In this document: positions 40,952 through 50,638 of the stretch, in pieces
Numbering within the stretch: position 1 is the first letter of the stretch
Layout: every line of letters starts with the position of its first letter
Assembly (NCBI GenBank): GCA_964632315.1
Contig: CAZWEM010000020.1
Span: 1 to 64,000, forward strand
Direction: 5' to 3'
Source of the DNA: an uncultured archaeon
GTDB taxonomy: Archaea; Asgardarchaeota; Lokiarchaeia; Sigyniarchaeales; SOKP01
Length of the DNA stretch: 64,000 nt
The notes under the pieces: generated by a model
Databases searched by the model: none
What the model saw: the letters and a program-made list of their open reading frames with translations, nothing else
Told to the model about the DNA's origin: nothing
Translations under genes and position numbers: made by a program

Positions 40952-40971
40952 AGAGATTTGAATCTTTTTTT
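40952..40971 (+). terminator. Hairpin plus T7 tract in the trpB2 leader (candidate attenuator terminator)
   Basis: AGAGAT-TTGA-ATCTTT followed by T run 40965-40971. Confidence 0.5.
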
Positions 40972-41067
40972 CTAAATTTGTTGTTTTAAGCCTAATGCTT
41001 TTTATCTTTGATCTCCAAAAATGAAAAGAGACATAATTAAAAATTAAAAAAATAAAGTGAAAAAATT

Positions 41068-42471
41068 ATGCAGAATGAATTAGATGCTAGAATCCTTTTA
41101 GCACCAAATGAAGTTCCAAAAAATTGGATAAATATCTTACCTGATCTACCAAAGCCTATGACACCAATGATAAATCCAATGGATGGTCTACCAGCTCCTC
41201 CTGAACTTGCGTTTATGATCTTTCCAAGGGAATGCGTTATGCAAGAAGTATCGCAGGAACATTATATTGAAATACCTAAAGATCTAAGAGAAATATATGC
41301 AAGAACATACCGTCCCACACCTTTACATCGTGCTTATGCTTTAGAAAAGGAACTAGGATTATTAGATGGAAACATAAAAATTTTTTTTAAAAATGAATCT
41401 GTTTCTCCTACCGGTTCTCACAAACCAAATACGGCTTTAGCTCAGGCTTATTATGCCAAAAAAGATGGAATAAAAGAACTAGTAACTGAGACTGGGGCGG
41501 GGCAATGGGGTTCTGCCTTATCTTATGGCTGCAATTTATTTGATATTAATTGTATTGTATATATGGTAAGAGCAAGTTATTATCAAAAACCAGGAAGAAA
41601 AATTTTAATGAAAGCGTATAATGCCGAAGTTTTTCCGAGTCCATCTCAGAATACTAGTGCTGGAAGGCAATATTTTGAATCTAATCCAGATCATCCTGGA
41701 AGTTTAGGTATCGCTATTTCAGAAGCAGTAGAACATAGTTTAACTAATGATAATGCAAGATATTCATTAGGTAGTGTGGTAAATTTTGTCTGCTTGCATC
41801 AAACTGTGATTGGTCAAGAGTGCAAGATTCAGCTAAGTAAAGTGGGAATAGAAGAGCCAGATATAATAATTGGTTGTATGGGAGGGGGCTCAAACTTTAT
41901 GGGATTAGCTCTTCCATTTATTAAGGATAAACTAGATGGAAAGCTCCCTAATACCGAGTTTATTGGTGTAGAGCCTAGGGCGTGCCCGAGTGTTTGTAAA
42001 GGGCAATATCGATGGGATTATGGGGATTCTGCTAAAAAAGCTCCAATATTAAAAATGTTCACACTGGGTCATAATTTCGTCCCAAATCCAATACATGCCG
42101 GAGGATTAAGATATCACGGAATAGCTCCTATTGTCTCGAATTTAGTAAGCAACAAGCTAATGAAATCATCGATGCATTATCAAACTGAGGTCATCGAATC
42201 AGGACTCCAGTTTGCTAGAACAGAGGGCATTTTACCTGCTCCAGAGACATGTCATGCTATTAAAGAAGCTATAGATCAAGCACTTTTAGCAAAAGAAAAC
42301 AATGAAAAAAAGGTTATTGTTTTCAATTTTAGTGGTCATGGATTTTTCGATATCTCGGCATACGAAGAATATATGGAAGGAAATTTAACCGATTTTGAAT
42401 TACCTACCGAAGAAATAGAAAAAGCTTTAAATTCGAACGATATGCCGTTGATAGATGAATCAAAATTTTAA
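41068..42471 (+). CDS. trpB2: Tryptophan synthase beta chain-like protein TrpB2
   Basis: RPTPL.RA..LE, GSHKPNTA, TETGAGQWG, GGGSNF, HAGGLRYHG, FNFSGHG. Confidence 0.95.
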   Translation: MQNELDARILLAPNEVPKNWINILPDLPKPMTPMINPMDGLPAPPELAFMIFPRECVMQEVSQEHYIEIPKDLREIYARTYRPTPLHRAYALEKELGLLDGNIKIFFKNESVSPTGSHKPNTALAQAYYAKKDGIKELVTETGAGQWGSALSYGCNLFDINCIVYMVRASYYQKPGRKILMKAYNAEVFPSPSQNTSAGRQYFESNPDHPGSLGIAISEAVEHSLTNDNARYSLGSVVNFVCLHQTVIGQECKIQLSKVGIEEPDIIIGCMGGGSNFMGLALPFIKDKLDGKLPNTEFIGVEPRACPSVCKGQYRWDYGDSAKKAPILKMFTLGHNFVPNPIHAGGLRYHGIAPIVSNLVSNKLMKSSMHYQTEVIESGLQFARTEGILPAPETCHAIKEAIDQALLAKENNEKKVIVFNFSGHGFFDISAYEEYMEGNLTDFELPTEEIEKALNSNDMPLIDESKF

Positions 42472-42529
42472 TTATCTTATTTTTCTTATTTTAATTCAAG
42501 AGTTTTTTTTGGAAAAGGCTTAATTATTT

Positions 42530-43615
42530 ATGGATTACTTTTCGATCATCTTCATTATTATTCTATATATTTATGGAATCCTTTTAATGTACATTACTTT
42601 AATTTCAAAAAAAAAGGGGGAAATTCAAGCATTCTATAACAATTTATTCATTTCTTTAGTTTTCATCGGAAGTTTAACACTAAATTTAATAAACATATAT
42701 ATCATAAGAGATACAAATATAGATCTTATCATTTTCCCTTTCAATTTAGCGGTAATCATATTTCTTATCATTTATTTACCGATACTTTATCTCTCAGTAA
42801 ATCGTGAGAAAAGTAAGCAGATGTATAAAAACGGTTCATGGAAGAAATATTATCTTACAACTTTAAGACAACTTCCCTTAAAGTATGAACTATATAGGAA
42901 ATCGACTCATTTAGTTGTTTTAGCGATTGTATTTTTTTATTTTACTCTTGGTTTCTGGGTAGAAAATGTTTTTGTCTACTTATTTAGATTGTCCCCACCA
43001 TTTATCTCTGATATATTTTTTTCGTTATATAATTCTGAAGGGAATAAAATGGTTTTTACCCAATATTTAGTTGTTTTTCTTGTCAGTCTTTCATTAATAG
43101 GATTGATCTCCGTTGATGCCTTAAGAATCTTAAGACCTGACTGGTATCCTCTTAAACCTGTGAATTTAATATTGAGAGAAAAGGAGATAAGTACTCGCTT
43201 AGGCCCTCACATTTCAATGGGGGTTGGTTGTTTTTCAATCATTATTACTTTTGGAATATTTCAACCAATAGGGCCGCTATTAATATGTGTCTCTATGACA
43301 ATGGCAATATTTGGAGATATGGTAGCCAACTTATTAGGTAGGACTGTAGGAAAGCGAAAAATCAGAGATACATCAAAAACCTACGAGGGATTAATCTGGG
43401 GAATGATAAGTGCTTATCTTTCGGGTGTTTTATGTCTTCTTTTACTTAATACGTTTTACCATATCTCAATAATAGGATTAATTTTTATCCCTTTAATCGG
43501 TTCAATTATTATTGGATTCCTCGACTATGCTGATTTAGAAATAGATGATAATTTAACATATAATGTTTTTGTATCCCTGATTCTCTTTCTCGTTTCTAAT
43601 ATTCTTATTTATTAA
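42530..43615 (+). CDS. Polyprenol/diacylglycerol kinase-like membrane protein (CTP_transf_1-type)
   Basis: RKSTH, LREKE, GDMVANLLG...KTYEG, DDNL. Confidence 0.8.
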   Translation: MDYFSIIFIIILYIYGILLMYITLISKKKGEIQAFYNNLFISLVFIGSLTLNLINIYIIRDTNIDLIIFPFNLAVIIFLIIYLPILYLSVNREKSKQMYKNGSWKKYYLTTLRQLPLKYELYRKSTHLVVLAIVFFYFTLGFWVENVFVYLFRLSPPFISDIFFSLYNSEGNKMVFTQYLVVFLVSLSLIGLISVDALRILRPDWYPLKPVNLILREKEISTRLGPHISMGVGCFSIIITFGIFQPIGPLLICVSMTMAIFGDMVANLLGRTVGKRKIRDTSKTYEGLIWGMISAYLSGVLCLLLLNTFYHISIIGLIFIPLIGSIIIGFLDYADLEIDDNLTYNVFVSLILFLVSNILIY

Positions 43616-43669
43616 TGACTTAGCATTAATTTTATCAATCAATAAAATTTTATTAATTCGATTAAAATA

Positions 43670-44173
43670 ATGTTAGAAGAAAAATTAAAAATAGAGAAAA
43701 TTAAACGAGGGACTGTTATTGACCATATTGATGCAGGATATGCGTTAACAATTTTAAATCTTACTGGTCTTGATGAATCACCAAATCTTATGACTATTGG
43801 TGTTAATGTTTCATCGAAAAAATTTAATAAGAAAGATATTATTAAAATTGAGGGAGAATTTCTCAATGAAATCCAAATGCAACAAATTTCAATACTATCA
43901 CCAAATAATACAATCGCATTAATCGATAATTATCGAGTAATCGAAAAGAAAAAAGTAAAAATACCGAAAATTATTAAAGAATTGATTTTATGTGAGAATA
44001 TTACTTGCATTTCAAATTCTGATGAACCTATCGAATCAGAATTTATAGTATTAGAAGAAAAACCACTTAAAATTCAATGTGTTTATTGTAATCGTATATA
44101 CAAACTGGATGAAATTGTATTTTCATCAAAAGTAAAAAAAGAAAAAAAATTAAGACAGAGAATCAAAATCTGA
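43670..44173 (+). CDS. pyrI: Aspartate carbamoyltransferase regulatory chain
   Basis: GTVIDHI, KKDIIKIE, CENITCIS, CVYC. Confidence 0.95.
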   Translation: MLEEKLKIEKIKRGTVIDHIDAGYALTILNLTGLDESPNLMTIGVNVSSKKFNKKDIIKIEGEFLNEIQMQQISILSPNNTIALIDNYRVIEKKKVKIPKIIKELILCENITCISNSDEPIESEFIVLEEKPLKIQCVYCNRIYKLDEIVFSSKVKKEKKLRQRIKI

Positions 44174-44426
44174 TTTTACAATTTATAAATCTCCCTAATG
44201 ATTAACAAAAGATACAACCTCTTTTCTTCTCTCATTTAGATTAACATTCTAATAATTTTTTCACTTAACTTTAATGAATAACTTGATATACTTATTTAAA
44301 CTAAAAAATTTAAATAGGTGTCGGATTTAATTCAAATTATTCAATTAAAGTTTCTGATGGAGCGGATTTAAATCTAAAAACCTTTTTTAGCAAAATTGAT
44401 AAATGTATCTTTGAATTAATGATACA

Positions 44427-44549
44427 GAATATATAGTTTTGGAAGAAGAACCTTTAAAAATTCAATATATGTATTGTAATCGAATCTATAAACGTGATGA
44501 AATAACGGTTATGTCTCAGAGGGAGGAATTGAAGAAAATAAAACAGTAA
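44427..44549 (+). pseudogene. Degenerate partial duplicate of the pyrI 3' end
   Basis: Translates EYIVLEEEPLKIQYMYCNRIYKRDEI versus PyrI EFIVLEEKPLKIQCVYCNRIYKLDEI; in-frame TGA at 44412 upstream; one Cys lost. Confidence 0.75.
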
Positions 44550-44563
44550 ATCGTAATTTAGGT

Positions 44564-44980
44564 CTATAAGAAAGCCATTAACGTATGAATTATCACTGCT
44601 GCGATCATAAACAATAAGAAGAAAATCCCTACACCCGGTTTAATTATATTTTTCCAATTCCATTCTTCTTTATCATATTCGTACTTTAAAATAATAAAAT
44701 TAGCGAAAAAGGGGAATAATAACCAGAAACAAACCATCCATATTAATAACCACCAGCCAATTAATCCAATTAGAGGACCGATGAGCCCCGTAATAACTCC
44801 AGAAAGAGCCCGAATCCAATATAAGTTGGTTTCTTTTTCCAAACGGATATCGATTTTTTTTAAATTTCTCTTTTCATGATATAAATCTTGCTTTTCGAGT
44901 TCTTTTCTTTTTTCTTTGATTAACCTCTGTCTTTCTTTCTTTATATTGATTTTCTTTCGGCGCTTATCTTTTTTTGGCAT
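44564..44980 (-). CDS. EMC6/Rab5ip-like three-TM membrane protein
   Basis: LYWIRALSGVITGLIGPLIGLIGW and ..GVGIFFLLF..HTL resemble the EMC6 pattern; long basic N-terminal helix. Confidence 0.55.
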   Translation of the reverse strand: MPKKDKRRKKINIKKERQRLIKEKRKELEKQDLYHEKRNLKKIDIRLEKETNLYWIRALSGVITGLIGPLIGLIGWWLLIWMVCFWLLFPFFANFIILKYEYDKEEWNWKNIIKPGVGIFFLLFMIAAVIIHTLMAFL

Positions 44981-45072
44981 AATTATTAGTATTAATATTA
45001 ATTATTATAAAAATCATTTTATAATATAGATTTTAAGCGACTAATATCTCTTTTAATTAGAGAGTAGTTATA

Positions 45073-47118
45073 ATGAATCAACAAATTAAATTTTCAAATT
45101 TTGATGTTTGCATCATAAGTAAAGAATTAAATGCATCTCTTTCAGATGGTACTATTGCAAATGTATATGAGATTGAGGATTTATTAATTTTAAAAATATC
45201 AACAAAGTCAAACGAAAAAGTTAATTTAATAATAAAAAATGATTCTAGAGTTAATCTGACCAATTATAAATATCCAATTCCAAAATTTCCCCCTCAATTT
45301 ATTATGTCCCTTCGAAAATTGTTAAAGAATCGTAGAATTAAGTCAGTCTCTCAATATGATTTTGATAGAATAATAATAATTGAACTAGAATCTTATGAGG
45401 ATGAGGCTCAAGAATTTATTATTGAGTTGTTTAATAAAGGAAATTTTGTGTTTTTAGATGGGACTAAAACAGTAAAAATTGCAAAATCATATCGAAAATT
45501 TAAAGATAGAGAGATTTTACCAAACAAATTCTATGAATTTCCAAAAAGTAGTAGTGTTGGGTTTTTAAATATTAAGAAATCAGAATTTTTAGATATAATT
45601 TCTAATACAAAAGATCAGATTGTAAGATTTTTAGCGAAAAATATTGGAATTTCAGGGCTTTATAGTGAAGAAATTTGTATTAGATCGGGATTGGAGATAT
45701 CAACAGAAACAAATTCACTTACTCAAGAACAAAAGGATTCCCTGTTTTTATCAATAAAAGCACTTAGAAATCAACTACTTTTTGGAGAAATAAACGCTAA
45801 CATCGTATACGATGATAAAGGACAACAACTTTCGGTTTTCCCACTAGATCTACAACTTTTTGAAAATTATGAAAAAAAATATTTTAAAACTTTTAATCAG
45901 GCAGTAGATGAATATTACTCTAAACTAGATGCTGAAATCCTAAAAAAACCGGAAGATCAAGACTTAAAAAATAAATTAGAAGCCCAAAAAAGAATTCTTA
46001 AAAGTCAAGAACATTATATTGAAGAATTAAAGAATAAAAAAGCAAGATATTATAAATATGGAGATTTCATATACTCTCATTTCGGTTTATTAGAAAAATT
46101 ATTTAATGTAATCTCGAACGCAAAAAAAAAGGGATATAATATATATGAAATTAATGAGACATTATTAGGAGCAAAGAAAAATAATTTAAACGGAAGTGAG
46201 TTGTTTGAAAAAATCATTCCACAGAAGGGAGAAATCGTAATAAAAATTAACTCTAATACTGTCCATCTAAAACTTAATAAAAGTGTTGGGGAGAATGCAA
46301 ATAGAATTTATTCCAAAGGAAAGAAAGCGGAACAAAAAATTATCGGAACGCTTGAAGCAATAGAAAATACTAAAGATAAAATAAAGAAATTAGAAAAATC
46401 AAAAAATAATATTGAAGAAAGCGTACATACCTTAGTAAAAAAAAGGAAACGTACTTGGTATGAAAAATTTCGATGGTTTATATCATCAGATGATTATTTG
46501 GTAATTGGTGGACGAGACGCATCATCAAATGAATCTATATTCAAAAGATATATAGATCCAGATGATATAGTGTTTCACACTAATTATCCTGGTTCTCCCT
46601 TGGCAGTAGTTAAAAATTCAGACTCCGAAAAAGTCCCAGAGTCAACTTTAAAGGAAGCAGCTAATTTTGTGGCTAGTTATTCAAATGCTTGGAAAGAAGA
46701 TTGGGGCGTCATAGATGTGTTTTATGTCTTTCCAAATCAGGTATCAAAAACCCCTCCAACAGGGGAATATCTCCCAAAGGGATCTTTTATGATTAGTGGA
46801 AAAAAAAATATCATAAAAGATGCTAAAACAGAATTAACAATTGGTTTGGAGTTAATTCAATCGAAAAATAGCTCTGGAAACGTAGTTTATAACCTAAAGA
46901 TACTTTGTGGTCCATTAGATGCTATCACGCCTAAATTAGAATATTTCTTGACCATTAGACCCTCAAGGTCAGGATATTCAAAAGGCAAACTCGCTAAGAA
47001 AATTAAGGAAAAATTTGTTAACCACTTTGAAGAACCAATTAAAAAATGGATAAAATTACTTAATGAGGATGAGCTTATCCTCCTCCTTCCATCAGGAAAA
47101 TCGAAGATCGTTAATTAA
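45073..47118 (+). CDS. rqcH: Ribosome quality control protein RqcH/NEMF
   Basis: F.MSLRK.L, QYDFDRII, WYEKFRWF.SSD..LVIGGRDA..NE, KTPPTGEYL.KGSFMI.GKKN. Confidence 0.95.
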   Translation: MNQQIKFSNFDVCIISKELNASLSDGTIANVYEIEDLLILKISTKSNEKVNLIIKNDSRVNLTNYKYPIPKFPPQFIMSLRKLLKNRRIKSVSQYDFDRIIIIELESYEDEAQEFIIELFNKGNFVFLDGTKTVKIAKSYRKFKDREILPNKFYEFPKSSSVGFLNIKKSEFLDIISNTKDQIVRFLAKNIGISGLYSEEICIRSGLEISTETNSLTQEQKDSLFLSIKALRNQLLFGEINANIVYDDKGQQLSVFPLDLQLFENYEKKYFKTFNQAVDEYYSKLDAEILKKPEDQDLKNKLEAQKRILKSQEHYIEELKNKKARYYKYGDFIYSHFGLLEKLFNVISNAKKKGYNIYEINETLLGAKKNNLNGSELFEKIIPQKGEIVIKINSNTVHLKLNKSVGENANRIYSKGKKAEQKIIGTLEAIENTKDKIKKLEKSKNNIEESVHTLVKKRKRTWYEKFRWFISSDDYLVIGGRDASSNESIFKRYIDPDDIVFHTNYPGSPLAVVKNSDSEKVPESTLKEAANFVASYSNAWKEDWGVIDVFYVFPNQVSKTPPTGEYLPKGSFMISGKKNIIKDAKTELTIGLELIQSKNSSGNVVYNLKILCGPLDAITPKLEYFLTIRPSRSGYSKGKLAKKIKEKFVNHFEEPIKKWIKLLNEDELILLLPSGKSKIVN

Positions 47119-47228
47119 ATAAAACATATCACCCTATACATAAAGAGGTTTACAAAATAATTTTTCCTTCAAAGATTTATTTAAAAAATTTCACTAATTG
47201 TTTTTGAATAAGTAATCTGAGTAAACTT

Positions 47229-47621
47229 TTAGCCTTCTTGTGAAATATAAAAATATACTAATAGGATCGCAAGGCCAAATAAAGTAAATACAAGGACTAT
47301 TGGATTCCTAAATGCTTGTAATAATGAAATAATACATAATAGGATAAGATCTCTTATATTGAGCGGTTTTCCAGATAGTTCTTTATAATTTCCAATACTG
47401 ATTATGCTAAAGATGAAGAACAATAAAATTAGAACTACTTTAAACAAAGCAACAAGGATGATTAAAAAATCATTTGTTCCGTCATAGATCTTGATTATTT
47501 CTCCATTAAATATGAATGATAGAGCTAAAAATAAGCCTGCTAATATAACTGATCGTATTACTGTCTTATATGCGAAATCAGTACTATCAGACTTATTTTC
47601 AAACCTACTAATTTTTGACAT
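47229..47621 (-). CDS. Membrane protein
   Basis: Four hydrophobic segments; coupled to the upstream gene. Confidence 0.6.
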   Translation of the reverse strand: MSKISRFENKSDSTDFAYKTVIRSVILAGLFLALSFIFNGEIIKIYDGTNDFLIILVALFKVVLILLFFIFSIISIGNYKELSGKPLNIRDLILLCIISLLQAFRNPIVLVFTLFGLAILLVYFYISQEG

Positions 47622-47622
47622 T

Positions 47623-48450
47623 TTAGCCCCTCAATCTCCTGATTTTGTCCTTTAATTTGAAAATTCGATATATATAAAAACCAAACAAGATCCCAATTGC
47701 TCCAAATATAACGATAGTAAGCACGAATAAGATCAAATTCCAATCGATTGATGGGTTTCCAAGTGGAGGGATTTGGATTTCAACCAATTCATAATTAGAA
47801 AGAATAATACCTCCCGGATAAGAAGGAGAATCTCCATACACAACCCCAAAGGCACAAGTATATAAATGTCCCAAATATACATCTTGATGACTGGAGTCGA
47901 AAACATCTACTGGAAGAGAAAATTCATACACACTTGTATCTCCGCTTAAACCTGCTGCACCAGTACCATTAGCTTTATTATCAATATAATACGCTGAACC
48001 GTTTATATAATAATCTTCATAACTGAATTCCCCAGCGCTGATATTAGAGAATTGCAAAATCCTAGCATCCTTGAATTCAGGAGGATCTTCTGGGTCATTA
48101 TTGGATATTAAAATTCCAACAAACTCATTGTTAAATTCACTTGAGGAATGATCTTCAAATTTAACCTGAACCGCAATATACAAATTATTATCATCTTGCA
48201 TCAACCAAAAGTCTATTTTTAAACCATTAATTGGATCTGAAAGATTTTGATATAAAGTCATACTTGTCTTTAAAGCATCATCCCATTCATTAGTGTTAGT
48301 ATCGATCTTCCCATCTATCGTAGGACTTTGACCAAATTTAGGTATTAACGCTACTTTTTCGCCCTTGATTGTAAGAAAGGAATTTAATGAAGCTAAAGAG
48401 ACTATCAAGATCGAAAGGAATAATATTGTTTTATATGCTGTTCTTTTCAC
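47623..48450 (-). CDS. Membrane-anchored extracellular CBM9/DOMON-like protein
   Basis: Signal peptide, PTIDGKID...EW, DDNNLYIAV, YEFSLP, C-terminal TM. Confidence 0.7.
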   Translation of the reverse strand: MKRTAYKTILFLSILIVSLASLNSFLTIKGEKVALIPKFGQSPTIDGKIDTNTNEWDDALKTSMTLYQNLSDPINGLKIDFWLMQDDNNLYIAVQVKFEDHSSSEFNNEFVGILISNNDPEDPPEFKDARILQFSNISAGEFSYEDYYINGSAYYIDNKANGTGAAGLSGDTSVYEFSLPVDVFDSSHQDVYLGHLYTCAFGVVYGDSPSYPGGIILSNYELVEIQIPPLGNPSIDWNLILFVLTIVIFGAIGILFGFYIYRIFKLKDKIRRLRG

Positions 48451-48572
48451 GTCTTTAAAGCAACTTTTCGTTTGTGTGTTGGAATAGAAAATTTAAAAAT
48501 GATAGATAAAATAAAAAAGAGTCCAATTTTAAATTTTTGAATCCTTCCCAATTCATTCATGATATTATAAAT

Positions 48573-49025
48573 TTAGGATAGAAAATTTGGGAGTATAATT
48601 AAGCAATCGAATTTATTGATATAAGAAACTATAAAATTAATTAATCGTTTTAAATCGCGTTTTGAATCGGGTAAATTTTGATTATTAAAATCAGCATATA
48701 ATTTTGGACCGATAGCGATAAGAGTTCCAGATAAATCTTTTTCTCGTCTTACTAACAACCAAAAAGACATTTTTTTTTCATTTTCTTTAAGTAATAATAA
48801 TAACCAAGGATTTAAAGTCCAATCTTCATTGTTTGGGCTTGTTACTCTTTCAATACCTCTTTTAGTTATGTATTTTTTTGAAATTTTTATCGCTTTGACT
48901 AAGCGATCAAAGTAATTTCTCTTAATTTTTAAGTACCCCTCAAAATATGATTTTACATCCTCTAATTCAAGTTCATCTTGGGGCGATCCCTCAAATTTAA
49001 GGAGTACTTTCCACATGGGTATCAT
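48573..49025 (-). CDS. Hypothetical protein
   Basis: 150-aa ORF coupled to the rnp2 operon. Confidence 0.6.
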   Translation of the reverse strand: MIPMWKVLLKFEGSPQDELELEDVKSYFEGYLKIKRNYFDRLVKAIKISKKYITKRGIERVTSPNNEDWTLNPWLLLLLKENEKKMSFWLLVRREKDLSGTLIAIGPKLYADFNNQNLPDSKRDLKRLINFIVSYINKFDCLIILPNFLS

Positions 49026-49453
49026 CGTTCAAAAAGAGTAGTTATTTCATATAGATTTATCTTATCAAATATACTTTTATTTCTATTTAAATATGTTTTT
49101 AAATCTTTATATTTTGAATCTGAGTAACTTAAATTGAAATAGATCTCTCCAACATATTTATCTTCTCTCAGAATCAAACCTGAATTATGAATTATTTGGA
49201 AGGTCTCAAATTCAGAAGGCAATTCTCTTACTTTTCTCACCTTATCTTTCTTTATGACAAAAAACACCTTTAAGATTTTCTTTGCGTCAATTGGATATAT
49301 CATCAATCTGGTAAAATTCGTAGTATCTACCTTAATAACTAAGACATACTTAGATTGTATAAATTTATCGGTATGTGGCAAATCAAAATTCATTATACGT
49401 TTATTTTCAAGAATTGATGCATTCGTCAAATTATCTTCATTCATATTTACCAA
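49022..49453 (-). CDS. Hypothetical protein (possible ACT-like C-terminus)
   Basis: 143-aa ORF overlapping the rnp2 stop. Confidence 0.55.
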   Translation of the reverse strand: MVNMNEDNLTNASILENKRIMNFDLPHTDKFIQSKYVLVIKVDTTNFTRLMIYPIDAKKILKVFFVIKKDKVRKVRELPSEFETFQIIHNSGLILREDKYVGEIYFNLSYSDSKYKDLKTYLNRNKSIFDKINLYEITTLFER

Positions 49454-49784
49454 TTTTAAAAGAAGTTTGAAATTTTTTCATACTTTTTATTGTGCCTGAT
49501 GTTTTTATTGGAGATATTATAGCTTTTCTCCCTGATATTTTTTTAATTAAGGCTAAAGCGGAGATAATCAATTCTTTTGTATAGTGAGAGCATCTAATTA
49601 GACCTAAATCATTTTCAGTATCATATTCAATTAGCCAGAGTCCTACTTTATTCGCTTCTTTCATCCCAAAAAATTTCCAAATCGATTTCCACATAGAATT
49701 TAGAATGTCTTTAGGGTCAATCCTTAAATCATTTTCTTTAATGATTTGAAATAGAATATAACGATTTCGCTCAGTTTTCACCAT
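49437..49784 (-). CDS. rnp2: RNase P protein Pop5/Rpp14
   Basis: RNRYILF, GLIRCSH, TSGTIK. Confidence 0.92.
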   Translation of the reverse strand: MVKTERNRYILFQIIKENDLRIDPKDILNSMWKSIWKFFGMKEANKVGLWLIEYDTENDLGLIRCSHYTKELIISALALIKKISGRKAIISPIKTSGTIKSMKKFQTSFKIGKYE

Positions 49785-50504
49785 TTATTCATCACTTTTC
49801 AAGATTTTTATTCCCTCTTCAATATAACTATAATCTCTCCTATTTTTTACTCTCTCAAGAAGTAATTTTACATTATCTTTGAAAGCCTTTTTAGCTTCAG
49901 CCAAAGGCATTTCAAATAAGGTGTGACAAATACTCACTAATGATCTAGGATGACGAAATTCAAAAGGATTAGCAAAATTCCCACTGATTATTAGATTGCC
50001 TTTTAATGAACGTACCAAATTAATCGTTCTGTATATTTCTCTAAAGTTTTTAGATTGGGAAGGTTTATTTTCTTCCATAATATTAACAAGTGAAAGCTCA
50101 ATGAATGACCTATTTTGTTTTATTAATGAAATGACGCCGCTTGATAAAGACTTCATCGCTTCAATCCTAGAAAAAGAGAGAACATCTACTCTAGGGTCTT
50201 TGGCCGCTTTTATTTGAATCTCCTTTTTATCAGATTCTATAGATACAATATCGAGACTGCTTCCTACTGAATTTAGAGAAATTTGATAATTTCTAAGATT
50301 CTTTGGGTTTATATTTATTCGATAATTGAGATTAATCGATGTTATTTCTTTTATCTTGCTTTTCAATCCATCATTTAACTTTAGCACGTTAGCTGGTTCT
50401 ATAATTAGATTCTTAATGCCCAACCTTTCACATATTCGGAATTTATTTCTGATCTCATTGAAATCCTCGCAATTTAATCTAAGTCTCGATTCATAGTACG
50501 CTAT
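49785..50504 (-). CDS. rnp3: RNase P protein Rpp30 (ORF track starts at 50423; probable ATA start at 50504)
   Basis: AAKDPRVDVL, IISGN..NPFEFRHPR, EEGIKI; next to rnp2. Confidence 0.88.
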   Translation of the reverse strand: MAYYESRLRLNCEDFNEIRNKFRICERLGIKNLIIEPANVLKLNDGLKSKIKEITSINLNYRININPKNLRNYQISLNSVGSSLDIVSIESDKKEIQIKAAKDPRVDVLSFSRIEAMKSLSSGVISLIKQNRSFIELSLVNIMEENKPSQSKNFREIYRTINLVRSLKGNLIISGNFANPFEFRHPRSLVSICHTLFEMPLAEAKKAFKDNVKLLLERVKNRRDYSYIEEGIKILKSDE

Positions 50505-50638
50505 GAGCTTTACACCTCTAAATCGACATTAGCCTCTTCAAAATTTTCTATAAGAACTTAAGTATTAATTCAATAAAAAGATTTTATTATATGAAAGTAT
50601 TTTAGAAGTTATACTTTTACATTCTATAAGTGATTTGA

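Noticed and set aside
40858-40953. Alternative 31-codon uORF (MVFKYDCPK...) in the trpB2 leader
   Set aside because: It has no Trp codons, and the overlapping Trp-rich frame explains the region better; not formally excluded
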